64,000 nt of DNA from Nitrospirota bacterium (GCA_963737155.1 CAVTRN010000001.1:1472001-1536000); one strand, 5' to 3'. Positions 31,226-42,103 are shown, numbered from the stretch's first letter. Program-made: numbers and translations. The notes: generated from the sequence alone by a model not told the origin.

Positions 31226-32524
31226 TTACAAATTGTACTTAATATCTTGAGCGACGAGCTGCCTGAGGGTTTTTTCGAAATATTCCTTTTGACAAATGAC
31301 GCCGTTCATCTCTCCAGCGTGGATTAGTTTCATATATCTGCATCCGCCGAAACAGAGAGGAAGAAAGCTGCACTCGAGACATTCTTCGTTTTTCCAGGCA
31401 TCGATTCCGTGTGACTTATTATAGTCAATCAGACCGTCAGTAATATTGCCAATGCAGCAATTCTTCCTGCCGATCATCCCCGGACACTTGTAAAGGGTGC
31501 CATCGTAATTCACGACAAGGCTGTCAATCAGCTCTACCATGCATGGTATTGGCATAACTTTTTGAGTACCATATCCTCTTCGCAGTACTTCTTCCCGGAG
31601 GAAAAGGGTAGCTTCGGCTATCCAAGGTTCATTAGGTGAATCGCAGCCATCGTGAAAATCAGGTGGAGCAAATTCGTTGCTCTCGCTAATGACAGGATCG
31701 AACTTGATGACAGAAATCTTATCAGGAGTGAGCCCGTTCTCTGACAAATAATCGAGAAGAAGAGGAAACTCGCGATAATGATTCTGCGTATAATTGCCGC
31801 CTATCTGAATGTGGGTCATAGCACATACTTTTTTAATATTGCTCAATATCAGATCAAATGAACCACGGCCCGATTTGAAAGGCCTATATCTGTCGTGGAT
31901 ATATTTTGGACCATCAAGTGTAACTTTCGCACCTTTCAAACCGAGTGGCGTCAGTATTTTAACTACTTCCGTTGTCAGCAACGTACCGTTTGTCACAAGG
32001 GTAAAGCTATATTTTACGGCTTTCTGCTCCGCATAGGCTCGCATTTTATGCGATATATCAATAATGGTTTCAAGACTTAAAAGCGGTTCGCCGCCATAAA
32101 AAACGATTTTTATCTCCTCCTTTTTTGACAAATCATTCCTTTTTATCGCAAAATCTACGAACTGAGTAGCTGTATCCTTTGATAAATGGAACTTGCCTTT
32201 CCTTTTGCCTTCAAAGCAATATTTGCATCTGAGGTTGCATTCAAGGTTCAAGACTACAATATATTTGGCTGATCGGTCCACATTATTCATTTCATAGAAG
32301 AAGGAAAGCATCTCTTGCTGTTCTTCTTCCAAACTATGCACGAGGAATCCGAGGTTATAAAGCGTTTCCTTGTCTTCCTCCGTCAGCCTGCCTTTGTCAA
32401 TATCTTCTATCAGGCTGGAAGGTATAAGTCCAGCGGCCGCATTTTTAGTAGAAAAAATCAAAACGGAATCTTTGTCAGCGGCGGACGAGTACAGTTTAGT
32501 ATATTTCGATAGTTTTGAAGGCAT
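31226..32524 (-). CDS. Radical SAM/SPASM peptide maturase (geopeptide-maturase-like)
   Basis: CNLRCKYC, FYGGEPLL, TNGTLL. SPASM C...YKC...CLEC...CFGGC...C. N-terminal RRE-like extension (LSKYTKLY...LIFST). Likely start ATG 32524. Confidence 0.9.
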   Translation of the reverse strand: MPSKLSKYTKLYSSAADKDSVLIFSTKNAAAGLIPSSLIEDIDKGRLTEEDKETLYNLGFLVHSLEEEQQEMLSFFYEMNNVDRSAKYIVVLNLECNLRCKYCFEGKRKGKFHLSKDTATQFVDFAIKRNDLSKKEEIKIVFYGGEPLLSLETIIDISHKMRAYAEQKAVKYSFTLVTNGTLLTTEVVKILTPLGLKGAKVTLDGPKYIHDRYRPFKSGRGSFDLILSNIKKVCAMTHIQIGGNYTQNHYREFPLLLDYLSENGLTPDKISVIKFDPVISESNEFAPPDFHDGCDSPNEPWIAEATLFLREEVLRRGYGTQKVMPIPCMVELIDSLVVNYDGTLYKCPGMIGRKNCCIGNITDGLIDYNKSHGIDAWKNEECLECSFLPLCFGGCRYMKLIHAGEMNGVICQKEYFEKTLRQLVAQDIKYNL

Positions 32525-32600
32525 ATGGTTTATAATGGGAACAAAAATATATCTTTGATAAGCGAGGGGGAGAGATAGGAAATATCCCCCCCAATGTTTA

Positions 32601-32702
32601 TTAAAAAATGTCAAGAGGAATCAATGCTCCATAACAACACCCTGCATTCAGCATGTCTTTCTTTTCGACACCCTTTTTTACGACTATAATATTCTTTTTC
32701 AA
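32601..32702 (-). CDS. RiPP precursor peptide MKKNIIVVKKGVEKKDMLNAGCCYGALIPLDIF (geopeptide-like), missing from the ORF track
   Basis: SD AAAGGGGGTGA, then TTG start, 33 codons and TAA. GVE leader motif and CC core. Lies between the TonB receptor and the rSAM gene. Confidence 0.85.
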   Translation of the reverse strand: MKKNIIVVKKGVEKKDMLNAGCCYGALIPLDIF

Positions 32703-34361
32703 GAGTCTCACCCCCTTTCTTGTAATTTATCATCCCTCACATGAGGATATTGAAGCTAGAATTTATATCGTATCCCAGCTTCCAACCAACGCCCTGGATT
32801 ATTGTATACATTAAAAAGATACTGATTGCTATCGAATATATTATGGATATCAAAGAGAGCTTCTACAGACTGATCTTTATTTAAATAGAGATTTTTAATA
32901 ACATGTAAATCAACAATGAAAGAATCATATTCTCCTTGATTCGATGGACTTGCATTCCAGTAGATATAATGTCCTTGCAATCGAACCTTGAGGGATTGCT
33001 CAACGTCATATTGGAGGCCTATGTCATAGGTCCTCTGCGGGTCATTCGGTATAGCCTGGCCAGTAAGCTGGTCCTTCGCCGTCATAAAAGCCGCGCCCGC
33101 GCTAAGTGAAGTATGGTAGACAGGCAGAGTCTTCATTTCTAATTCCATCCCTTGTATTCGTTCTTGTCCGCTGTTTTCTGCAATAAATGTTGAGTTTGAA
33201 AGCTGGTCCGTTACAAGTGCGTCTTTTATATCATGCCTGAATAGGGAAAGTTTAAGCCAAACATACGGCAAATCCGTCGACTCCATACCCATTTGATAAG
33301 ACCACACCTGCTCCATCTTCAAGTCAGGGTTTGCTACGTGTAATAAACCGTCTCCATACGTTGTCGCAAGGGGGGGAATATTGAAACCGCGGGCGGAAGA
33401 GGCGCGTAACAGGGTGTTGTCCGTGATTTTGTAAGTTATGCCGAGGCTTGGGCTTGTGAAGTTCCCGTTTGTATTTGTTACATCATAACGAATTCCCGGA
33501 GTTATGGACAGTTTATCTATTGATATGGTGTCGTTAATAAAATAAGCATCTCTTTTTATTCCTTGCTCGCCGTCGGCAATCGCATTTGACACTAATTTTC
33601 TGGAATCCAGGTCTGAGCCCAGAACAACGTTATTGTATTGCTGTTTCCAGATTAATTTTGCACTCGTACCGTACCCCGTATCCACGTAGCGGTCCTGTGA
33701 AAGCTCCGAGCCGGTGCTTAACTGATCGTCATTAAAAACGAAATCCTGTCGCGATGACCAAGCAGACAAATCGAATTCGGTATCACTACTGACCATTGAC
33801 TTCATTGACAAAGTTGTAAATAAGGTTTCAATGTCATTATTAACCGCGAGGTCGAAACTAGGGAGTTCGACAACACCACGCGACAGGTTGTTATAGTTCA
33901 TCGTAAATATTAAGCTTGTGTCTTTTGTTAAATCATAATTCAGTTTCGCATAAGCGTTATTCCCATCATAGCTATTATTGGGCCTGAACCCATCGGTTTG
34001 CAATCTGCCAGCGGTCACATAGTATCCAAATTGGTGCTGTTCGCCTAAGGTTTCTATTCTTAGGTCCTGCGTATTTCTCTCGCCATAGGTAGCCGATATT
34101 GTTCCGTTGACGCCGGTCCCGCTGCCCGACTTTGTGATAATATTTATAACACCGCCAAGCGCAGAGCCCCACGCAGAGGAGGCTGGACCCTTAACTATTT
34201 CTATTCTCTCGATGTTCTGAACTGGAAGCATACCGATGTCAACGACATTATCACTCAGATCATTCAGTGGAACACCATCCATGAATACGGCAACATGACT
34301 CTCGTCCGAGTCCTGAATTTGTGCTTCAGCACTACTGCCTGGACCTCCTGTTAAAAACACT

Positions 34362-35885
34362 CAGGTTATACTGTTTTTAGTTGAAATTGAAAAGAGTGGC
34401 TCCCCCGTGGCATAATCCACGGTAGAGAGAGAAAAAAGAAAGGAGCCACTCAATGAAGGATACCACAAGGAAGAGAAAAAAGGCAATACGAGGAATTGAA
34501 GAGGCATACGGAAGGCGGGAGATCATCGAACAGATGTATTGTGTCTTCGCAAAAGGGAAACAGGGTTTTGATGAATGCATGAAGGAAATGGGCAGAATGA
34601 TGGCAGAGACGATCATGTACATCGAGCGGGAGGAGATTGCCGGCCCCGACTACCAGCCTAACAGTCCCGATCTGCGGAAGTGGGCTAGCCAGGGCGGTTC
34701 CGTCTATATCGGAGATCAGAAGATCCCGGTGACCCACCCTCGGCTTCGAGGTCCGGCGGGTGAGATTGTACTGCAGAGCTATCAGAAGATGAAAAAACCG
34801 GAAGTCTTCGCAGAAGAATTGCTTGGAAAGGTGCTTCGGGGCATATCATGCCGGAAGTATGCGGAGACAGTTGTAGATACGGCACGAGCATTTGGAGTGT
34901 CCGCCAGCACGGTATCGAGCCATATCGTCGCGGCAACAGCAAAACAGCTTCAGGAGTTTAAGGAACGGTCACTCACGTCATTCGTTCCCTTTGCGGTCTT
35001 TTTAGACACTGTTCACCGCGGCGGAGAGGCATTCATCGTGGCGCTGGGGCTTGATATTGCCGGAAAGAAGCAGACATTGGGGTTCTGGCAGGGGGCGACG
35101 GAGAACCATGAACTGTGTGAAGAGCTGTTTTCTGATATAGAGCGGCGAGGTCTGATACTTTCACGACGAATCATCTGGGTTACCGATGGCGGCAAGGGCG
35201 TAATCAAGGCACTCCGGGATCGCTTCGGTAAGAAACTCATCCATCAGCGGTGCACGATCCACAAGGACCGGAATATACAGCATCATTTGCCGAAGAAATA
35301 CCGGAAAGGCGCACACTGGAGGTTCCGGACAGCCCTGGAGCAGAATAATTACGCGGACGCTCGTCAGATGCTTCTGGACATGGAGAAATGGCTTCGGGGC
35401 ATTAATGAGTCGGCGGCTGATTCGCTCATGGAAGCGATAGAAGACATTCTCACCCTTCATCGATTGAAGGTCCCCGCTCTCTTGAGGAAGACGTTGCATT
35501 CTACCAATCCTATCGAGAGCATGTTTTCCACGGTGAGAAAAGCAGAAGGCAATATAAAGCGCTACCGCGACAGCAAGATGATGCAGCGCTGGCTCGCTTC
35601 TGTCCTCTTATATGCTGAACAAGGATTCAGAAAGATCAAGGGCCACGCCTTCATCGCGGACGTGATGAAACGGATCGAAGCGGAAGAATTAAATGACCTA
35701 ACAGTCAAAGAGGCTGCGTAAAGGGGGATGGTTAGGTATGGCTCGGCCTCAGAAAACTCACATATGGCGATCCTACGAATCCGATTTTATAAACAGCGAT
35801 GATTTACACCGTTGAACCGATAAAAATACTTTAGCCGAAGGGAACGGGCCACTCAGATAATTTCAACTAAAAGCTTGACCTCGTC
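34362..35885 (+). mobile_element. IS256-family insertion sequence
   Basis: 8-bp TSD AAAACACT (34354-34361 and 35886-35893). Imperfect IRs sharing TTTTAGTTGAAATT. Confidence 0.92.
34453..35721 (+). CDS. IS256-family transposase
   Basis: FLD, VTDGGKG, QRCTIHKDRN, STNPIES. Confidence 0.93.
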   Translation: MKDTTRKRKKAIRGIEEAYGRREIIEQMYCVFAKGKQGFDECMKEMGRMMAETIMYIEREEIAGPDYQPNSPDLRKWASQGGSVYIGDQKIPVTHPRLRGPAGEIVLQSYQKMKKPEVFAEELLGKVLRGISCRKYAETVVDTARAFGVSASTVSSHIVAATAKQLQEFKERSLTSFVPFAVFLDTVHRGGEAFIVALGLDIAGKKQTLGFWQGATENHELCEELFSDIERRGLILSRRIIWVTDGGKGVIKALRDRFGKKLIHQRCTIHKDRNIQHHLPKKYRKGAHWRFRTALEQNNYADARQMLLDMEKWLRGINESAADSLMEAIEDILTLHRLKVPALLRKTLHSTNPIESMFSTVRKAEGNIKRYRDSKMMQRWLASVLLYAEQGFRKIKGHAFIADVMKRIEAEELNDLTVKEAA

Positions 35886-36303
35886 AAAACACTTGCACGC
35901 CTGTGACAGTATTTAACACGTCTGCGACAGTATGAGCGTTCATATTTTTGATATCTTCTGCTGTAATAACGGTCACATTTTCCGCGGTCTGTGCTAGAGA
36001 TGTTTTACCGCGTGTCGGCGATTCTACATCAAGATCCTCTTCTTTATAATAAATCAGGAGTTCCTTTTTGTCTTCATCGTTTTCAGCATATACAATAGAT
36101 GAGAACATAAATAAGAAACTAGCGAAGGCTAGAAGGACGCTGATGAGATAGAAGAAGGCTTTCATAACGTTTATCCGTAAAGGAGTGTCAACTGAGCATA
36201 TCGTTGAAGGAAAGGCATTAATAATTCAGAGAATCTAACAATAATATTTGATCAGTCGATGTTATAAAACAGTGAAATATTATGTTTTTAACATTTAAGT
36301 GCG

Positions 36304-36332
36304 AGTATATTCAGCGCTTCAAATATTGTCAA
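36304..36332 (-). promoter_or_regulatory. Near-consensus sigma70 promoter of the TonB-peptide-rSAM-TCS operon
   Basis: Minus strand TTGACA-17nt-TATACT. Confidence 0.75.
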
Positions 36333-36384
36333 GATTTATCGCACGAGCCGGGTTATTTCACGCGGAAAATATTGCAATCAAAGC

Positions 36385-36449
36385 AAGGTATTTGGAAGCT
36401 AAAACTAGGGAATCCCTTGGTTGATTTTATAGTTCATGATTAAAATACT
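36385..36449 (+). promoter_or_regulatory. Regulon box F
   Basis: AAGGTATTTGGAAGCTAAAACTAGGGAATCCCTTGG-TTGATT. Confidence 0.55.
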
Positions 36450-36590
36450 TGTCGCTACTTGAAATTAAAATGGAACTAAATCATAAAACTTCCAAATTCG
36501 GTAAACCAAAAATAAGAAAATGTAGTATGTCGTGACTCTAAATAACAGCCTTATTCGCTCAAAATATATTTGGACACAATCGTATCATTT

Positions 36591-36656
36591 TTAGGAATTT
36601 AGAAGCTTAAAACTAGGGAAACCCCGATTGCTATTTATAATTTAAAATATTAATCT
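36591..36656 (+). promoter_or_regulatory. Regulon box G with promoter upstream of RHS1
   Basis: TTAGGAATTTAGAAGCTTAAAACTAGGGAAACCCCGA-TTGCTA-17nt-TAATCT. Confidence 0.7.
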
Positions 36657-37157
36657 GCTTTTGCTTAAAAATATTCAGATGATTGCGACGACATTTGCAG
36701 AAATTAGAATGATAAAAATACAGCATGGAATTACAGGTAATTGCTGCTAGATGCATTGTAAGCGGATTATCTGCTCAATGATGCTGCAGCTCCAATGTAG
36801 CTCCAATGTTAATTTGTAATTTAACAGAAAGAATTTAACAAGAGGCAACCGGCACCAGTGAAATTGCTACACAGAAGTGCATCATTCCCCCAATCACGCG
36901 TTTAAAATTGAGTAGTGTAGCATAATCTTTCTACAGTGATTTTCGTTCTGATCGAAGTAAAGAGCCTGATATTCTCGAACGCTGGGGACAATTCACTTTC
37001 GTGGCGAACCATATTAAATTCATTTAGCTCAATTTACCTTAAACAGAACCTTTTTGCACGCATTCCGAGCGATCTTTGCGTGATACTGATTTCTTGGCAT
37101 TATGCAATTTAGGTGACGGGATATTCCCAATCTTACAAGCTTCTTTGGTGGAGGTTT

Positions 37158-40100
37158 ATGATGGATCAGCAGAGTAGAAATCATCGCAGATTACCCGTAC
37201 TGGAACATTGCTCATTAGTGAAGAGACTCTATCTTATGATCTCAGGATTGATCGTCGCAATGAGCTTATGGACAATGATTGCAATGATATTGCCTTCTGA
37301 ATCTTATGCAATCTGTTTGCAAGGATCTGGAGCGACTGCAAATCAAATAGTTTTTTGTGATACTCAAACGGAAGCTTTGGCTGCAGCAAGTGGCTATTGC
37401 AGTAACTCGGGCTCAAATTGTTGCACTTTTGCAGTTGGAGAAACTTATTCTAACTCTTATTGTGGTCCCTTTGGGTGCGGCACCGCAGGGGGGGAGGTAG
37501 ACATTAACAATTGCGGCGTAACTGCTTATCCCATTATCTTCGGGAACTGCGACGAAGGCGCGACTCAGTCCTGCACAGAAAACTATCTTAACGGGGTACA
37601 GTGCAACGGCACACAGACCTGCTTGCCTAACGCCCAGTATGGCTATTGCGCACTCTTTGATCCGTCGTGCTTACCATGTTCTGATGGTCAATCACAGAAC
37701 TGTGCTTATACCTGTCCTTCGGGTATACAGATCACCGGCACACAGGCCTGCGAGAACCAACTGTTCGGCTCCTGTTATGCTGATCCATTAATATGTCAGC
37801 AAGCAGTATGCAATGATGGCCAGACATTGCCTTGCAACACTTACGACATTGCGGGGAATCAGTGCTACGGTGCTCAGACATGCAGTGGCGGCCAGTGGGG
37901 ATACTGCCAGCCTGGCTCAACGTGCGCAACATGCCTCGGCAGCAGTAGTCAGTTATGCATTGCAACAGATATATTGGGGAATCAATGCAACGGTTCTGAG
38001 ACATGCAGTGGCAGCCAGTGGGGACCCTGCCTGCCAACCGGCCCGTCGTGCGCAGTATGCTCACCCAATCAGACCCAGACATGTTCATGTCCCATTGGCG
38101 GGGGAACTCAAACATGCTCTTCTTCTGGACAATGGAGTGCATGCTCATGCATAGTTGCATGCCAAACTGGTGATTGCGGTAATACCAGTAATGGTCCCCA
38201 GAGTAATACCACATGCATCAATTCATCTGCAAATCTAAAAAGTGGCAATCTCACTCATAATCAAGATGTAATTACAGCGCCCAAGAGCTTGCCCTTTTCA
38301 TTAACCTACAATAGCAATGACATTACTGTAGGACCGTTAGGACGTGGCTGGACCGATACGTATAATGTGTTCATTTCCGCTGCAACGAATACTTCTGGAA
38401 GTATCTCGTCACTTATTTTGACAGAAAATAGCGGTAACAAAATAATGTTCTCTCCTTCCAGCAGCCTATATTCCCCCAGTGCAGGCAGCGGGGACACATC
38501 AACCATAGTTGTCAATGCCGACGGGACTTATACCCGCACTCTAAAAGACGGGACCCTGCAAACATTCAATACTTCCGGCATCCTCAATACAATCAGTGAC
38601 CGGAATAACAACACCACAACGTTGTCCTACAGCGGCGGAAATCTGGTTACTATAACCGATTCTACAGGAAGATCGCTCAGTATTGCAGCAGCAAGCGGCC
38701 AGATAGCATCGATAACTGATCCTTCTGGCCAGACCTACAAATTTTCTTATAATGGCAATTTACTGATGGCAGTCTCTGATCCTTCGGGCGATATATGGAA
38801 CTACACCTATGATGCTAACGGCAGAATGCTCACCAAGACAGATCCGGCAGGTTTCCAGTCGATCTACGCCTATGATGTCAACGGAAATCTTATAAGCACA
38901 ACAGACCCCAATGGAATGGTAAAAACCATGACGTATAACCAAGCCTTGAATGAGGCACAGTTTGTGGAAATAGACGGCGGGGTTTGGTATCAGTTTTATG
39001 ATCCTAATCTAAACCTGCCGACACAGACAATGGCGGTGGATCCGAACGATAACGAATATATAACCAACTACACTTATGACAGCAACGGCAACATGCTCAC
39101 TAAAACGGACCCGGATGGGGACGTTACTACTTACACTTATGACGCAAAGAGCAATGTAACTTCGATAATAAATGCTCTTGGCCAAAAAACAATCTATACG
39201 TACAATAACTTCTCCGAGGTCACGTCAATGATAGACCCCTTGGGGAACAACACCACGTACACTTACGACGCCAATGGGAATCTTTTATCCACAACTGATC
39301 CATTGGGAGTTGTCACCACATATCAGTATGACACCAAAGGCAATGAAACAAGAGCTACCAATGCCTTAAATCATACCACCAAACTAACTTACGATAAATA
39401 CAATAACATCGCATCAGTCACCGATCCGGCGGGCGACAAATCCACGTTCACGTATACTATAAACGGCAAAATGACTAGCCTGACAGATGCCAACGGCAAT
39501 ACAACAACATTAACGTATAATAACCTAAATCAACTGATTCAGGTCGTTGATTCGGAAGGAAACACGACACTATATGCTTATGACAAGGATGGCAACCGGA
39601 CAATGCGGGCCGATGCAAACGGCAATGCAACGTATTTCGCGTATAACTTTAAAAGACAGCCCACGATGGGGAAGAATGCGTTAGGTGGCATAACGAGCCT
39701 CAACTACACAGGAACTGGTTGCGAATTCTGTGGTGGGAGTAGGTACCAACTTGCTGCCCTTATAGACGCGAATGGGAATACCACATCCTACTCGTATGAT
39801 ATACTCGGGAGGCTCATCAACCAAACCGATTCTCTCGGAAATGGAATAATGTATTCCTATGATCCCGCGGGCAACCTGACCACCGTCAATAAAGCCGATG
39901 GAGCCACTATACACTATGCCTATGACGCAACTGGCAGACTGTTGACAAAATCCTATCCTGACGGCTCGACAACTTCCTTTACTTATGATGCCAAGGGTAA
40001 CATCCTCACAGCCACAAATAACAATATTTCCTATACCTTCACCTACGATGCAGACGGAAGAGTGGCGAGCGTAGCAGACCATTTTAATGATCTGGTGAAT

Positions 40101-41564
40101 TATGCGTATGATGCTGTTGGAAACAAAACGCAAACGCAATTAATTTCTCCTTCTGGCGATTCAACTGATAGTTATATTTATGATTCCACAAACAGACTTA
40201 GTAAAATTAAAGATGAGGCTAAGACTTTCACTTTTGCATATGATAAGACTGGAAAACGCACGAACCTCACTCTTCCGAACGGAGCGTCTGCAAGTTACAT
40301 ATATGACTTGTCCGGCAATTTAACAAGCTTGATAAATACTTCTTCAACTGGTACTATTATCGCAAGCTCTGCCTATACCTTGGACAAGGTTGGAAACAGG
40401 CTGACCTCGTCCGGAGTGAATGGTGAGAATTCGTACAGCTATGACGCTGTATACGATCTACTATCTGCGCAGCCTGGGGGCAACGCCCAGTATGGTCCTG
40501 AAGAATACACATATGATCTGATGGGCAACCGTCTTACGGGGCCGAAGTCGAATCAAACCTATACCTTTAACCAGGACAACCAGCTTGTCACTGAAAACAA
40601 GCAACAGTTCCAGTACGACAATAACGGGAACCTTATAAGCTATGTAACCAGATCGACCACATCCAGTTATTCTTATGACTTTGAAAACAGGCTGACGCAA
40701 GTGATCACGGCCAGTACCGACACCGTAACGACGACAGCATACGCCTACGACCCCTTTGGCCGAAGGATTCAAAAAAGCGTAACAACAGCAGCAGCAGGCA
40801 ACACAATTGCCACAAGCACATACTACATCTACGACGGACAATCTGTTTTACTTGAAAACACTGACACCGCCTCAGGCGGAGAAGTTACAATCCGTTATAT
40901 CCAAGGTCCCAACATAGACGAGCACCTGGCAATGGTCCGAGTCAATGACAATACTTACAACTACTATCATGCAGACGGTCTAGGCTCGATAGTCGCGATA
41001 ACGGATAAAAATCAGCAAATAGATGAAACATACACCTATTCAGCATTTGGTGTGGTCACGAGTGTGGGTAATGGAATAAATAACCCTTATAGCTTTACTG
41101 GCAGGGAATGGGATTCAGAAGCAAGCCTGTACTATTATCGGTCTAGGTATTATAACCGGAAGATAGGGAGGTTTATCAGCAAAGACCCAATAGGGTTTAT
41201 AGGTGGTTTGAATCTATACCGATACGTGGGAAATAATCCTATTAACTTTAGAGACCCATATGGACTTAATCAAGAACTCTATGGGTGGATTAGTAATTTC
41301 ACTCAGGAGGCTTTTACAAGCACCATCGAAAACCTATTACCTGAGTCTCTTGAAGCGCCCCTTCAAGCGGCAGGCTATGCGTTAGGCGTGCTTGATCCGT
41401 TCCCTCGGGAACTTAATGCGGAAGAAGATGCTATGGTCTTAATAACACAGAGTCAAGAGTTTGGTGCAGCTGTTGATCAGTTGGCTATAGATACTGTGAA
41501 TACAAGTGATCAACTTGAACAATTAATTAATGATGAAAATGAGAGAATAGGTAACTGTCATTAA
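37158..41564 (+). CDS. Sec-secreted RHS/YD-repeat protein with Cys-rich repetitive N-terminus (RHS1)
   Basis: GGAGG RBS, signal peptide (SYA|), repeated G-x-QTC-xGxQWGxC modules, DUF6531-like LTYNS/LGRGW, YD repeats, HADGLGS...NNPINFRDPYGL cleavage motif, about 95-aa CT. Confidence 0.93.
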   Translation: MMDQQSRNHRRLPVLEHCSLVKRLYLMISGLIVAMSLWTMIAMILPSESYAICLQGSGATANQIVFCDTQTEALAAASGYCSNSGSNCCTFAVGETYSNSYCGPFGCGTAGGEVDINNCGVTAYPIIFGNCDEGATQSCTENYLNGVQCNGTQTCLPNAQYGYCALFDPSCLPCSDGQSQNCAYTCPSGIQITGTQACENQLFGSCYADPLICQQAVCNDGQTLPCNTYDIAGNQCYGAQTCSGGQWGYCQPGSTCATCLGSSSQLCIATDILGNQCNGSETCSGSQWGPCLPTGPSCAVCSPNQTQTCSCPIGGGTQTCSSSGQWSACSCIVACQTGDCGNTSNGPQSNTTCINSSANLKSGNLTHNQDVITAPKSLPFSLTYNSNDITVGPLGRGWTDTYNVFISAATNTSGSISSLILTENSGNKIMFSPSSSLYSPSAGSGDTSTIVVNADGTYTRTLKDGTLQTFNTSGILNTISDRNNNTTTLSYSGGNLVTITDSTGRSLSIAAASGQIASITDPSGQTYKFSYNGNLLMAVSDPSGDIWNYTYDANGRMLTKTDPAGFQSIYAYDVNGNLISTTDPNGMVKTMTYNQALNEAQFVEIDGGVWYQFYDPNLNLPTQTMAVDPNDNEYITNYTYDSNGNMLTKTDPDGDVTTYTYDAKSNVTSIINALGQKTIYTYNNFSEVTSMIDPLGNNTTYTYDANGNLLSTTDPLGVVTTYQYDTKGNETRATNALNHTTKLTYDKYNNIASVTDPAGDKSTFTYTINGKMTSLTDANGNTTTLTYNNLNQLIQVVDSEGNTTLYAYDKDGNRTMRADANGNATYFAYNFKRQPTMGKNALGGITSLNYTGTGCEFCGGSRYQLAALIDANGNTTSYSYDILGRLINQTDSLGNGIMYSYDPAGNLTTVNKADGATIHYAYDATGRLLTKSYPDGSTTSFTYDAKGNILTATNNNISYTFTYDADGRVASVADHFNDLVNYAYDAVGNKTQTQLISPSGDSTDSYIYDSTNRLSKIKDEAKTFTFAYDKTGKRTNLTLPNGASASYIYDLSGNLTSLINTSSTGTIIASSAYTLDKVGNRLTSSGVNGENSYSYDAVYDLLSAQPGGNAQYGPEEYTYDLMGNRLTGPKSNQTYTFNQDNQLVTENKQQFQYDNNGNLISYVTRSTTSSYSYDFENRLTQVITASTDTVTTTAYAYDPFGRRIQKSVTTAAAGNTIATSTYYIYDGQSVLLENTDTASGGEVTIRYIQGPNIDEHLAMVRVNDNTYNYYHADGLGSIVAITDKNQQIDETYTYSAFGVVTSVGNGINNPYSFTGREWDSEASLYYYRSRYYNRKIGRFISKDPIGFIGGLNLYRYVGNNPINFRDPYGLNQELYGWISNFTQEAFTSTIENLLPESLEAPLQAAGYALGVLDPFPRELNAEEDAMVLITQSQEFGAAVDQLAIDTVNTSDQLEQLINDENERIGNCH

Positions 41565-41697
41565 TCATTATCGTTTATTCGTCTGACTGTGTTATTATTG
41601 GTGCTTTGCGGATTTTCAGTGAAATGGCATCTTTGTCTCGGTGAGTGCCGGGTAATCTCGGGGGGCACCTCGGCTACATCTCGTACTAGGAGAGTAT

Positions 41698-41886
41698 ATG
41701 CAGAAAAGAACGATGCTGCTGAAAAAAAATCTTAAACGGTCACTTATAGGTACCTGCGTGACATTCGTTTTATTAATTATACGTACTCATGACTTTGAAA
41801 CATCCTTACTTGTTGCATTCGCAGTGTTCTTGTCTAGTTTAATGTGGGTTTTTATTTATTATAGAAACCCGAATAGAGGAGATTGA
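41698..41886 (+). CDS. Small 2-TM protein, candidate immunity for RHS1
   Basis: AGGAG RBS, position after the RHS CT. Confidence 0.5.
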   Translation: MQKRTMLLKKNLKRSLIGTCVTFVLLIIRTHDFETSLLVAFAVFLSSLMWVFIYYRNPNRGD

Positions 41887-41890
41887 GATG

Positions 41891-41927
41891 GTAGGTCGGG
41901 TTAAGCACACAGCATAGCGTAACCCGA
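41891..41927 (+). repeat. REP-like palindrome (GTAG type)
   Basis: GTAGGTCGGGTTA...CGTAACCCGA. A related copy lies at 57763-57794. Confidence 0.6.
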
Positions 41928-41936
41928 TCTCATTCT

Positions 41937-42042
41937 TGAACTGCCCCCTCCGTCTAGACAATTCACGTTAGACTATAAGCAAGGATCCCCGGCCCGGGAC
42001 GGACAGAAAGGATCTTGTCATGAGAAAACAGAAAAGTTTCAG
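41937..42042 (+). mobile_element. IS3-family left-end remnant
   Basis: TGAACTGCCCC...AGACA left IR, then RBS and a truncated orfA start (MRKQKSF). Confidence 0.5.
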
Positions 42043-42103
42043 AATCTTTGAAGTTGACATCAACCAATTGGTGAAAATTGAGATCAATAATAAAGGTTGA
42101 GGT

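Larger units (their letters stand above)
32756..36165 (-). pseudogene. TonB-dependent receptor interrupted by IS256 (5' piece 35886-36165, 3' piece 32756-34361)
   Basis: Plug motifs ENVTVITAEDI, DGVP, IERIEIVKGPASSAWG. C-terminal PGR...GIRYKF. The frame rejoins as GVQV-FLTGG when the IS and one TSD copy are removed. Confidence 0.92.

Noticed and set aside
32525-32614. N-terminal extension of the rSAM ORF from TTG 32614
   Set aside because: It overlaps the precursor peptide and the intergenic hairpin. ATG 32524 fits better.
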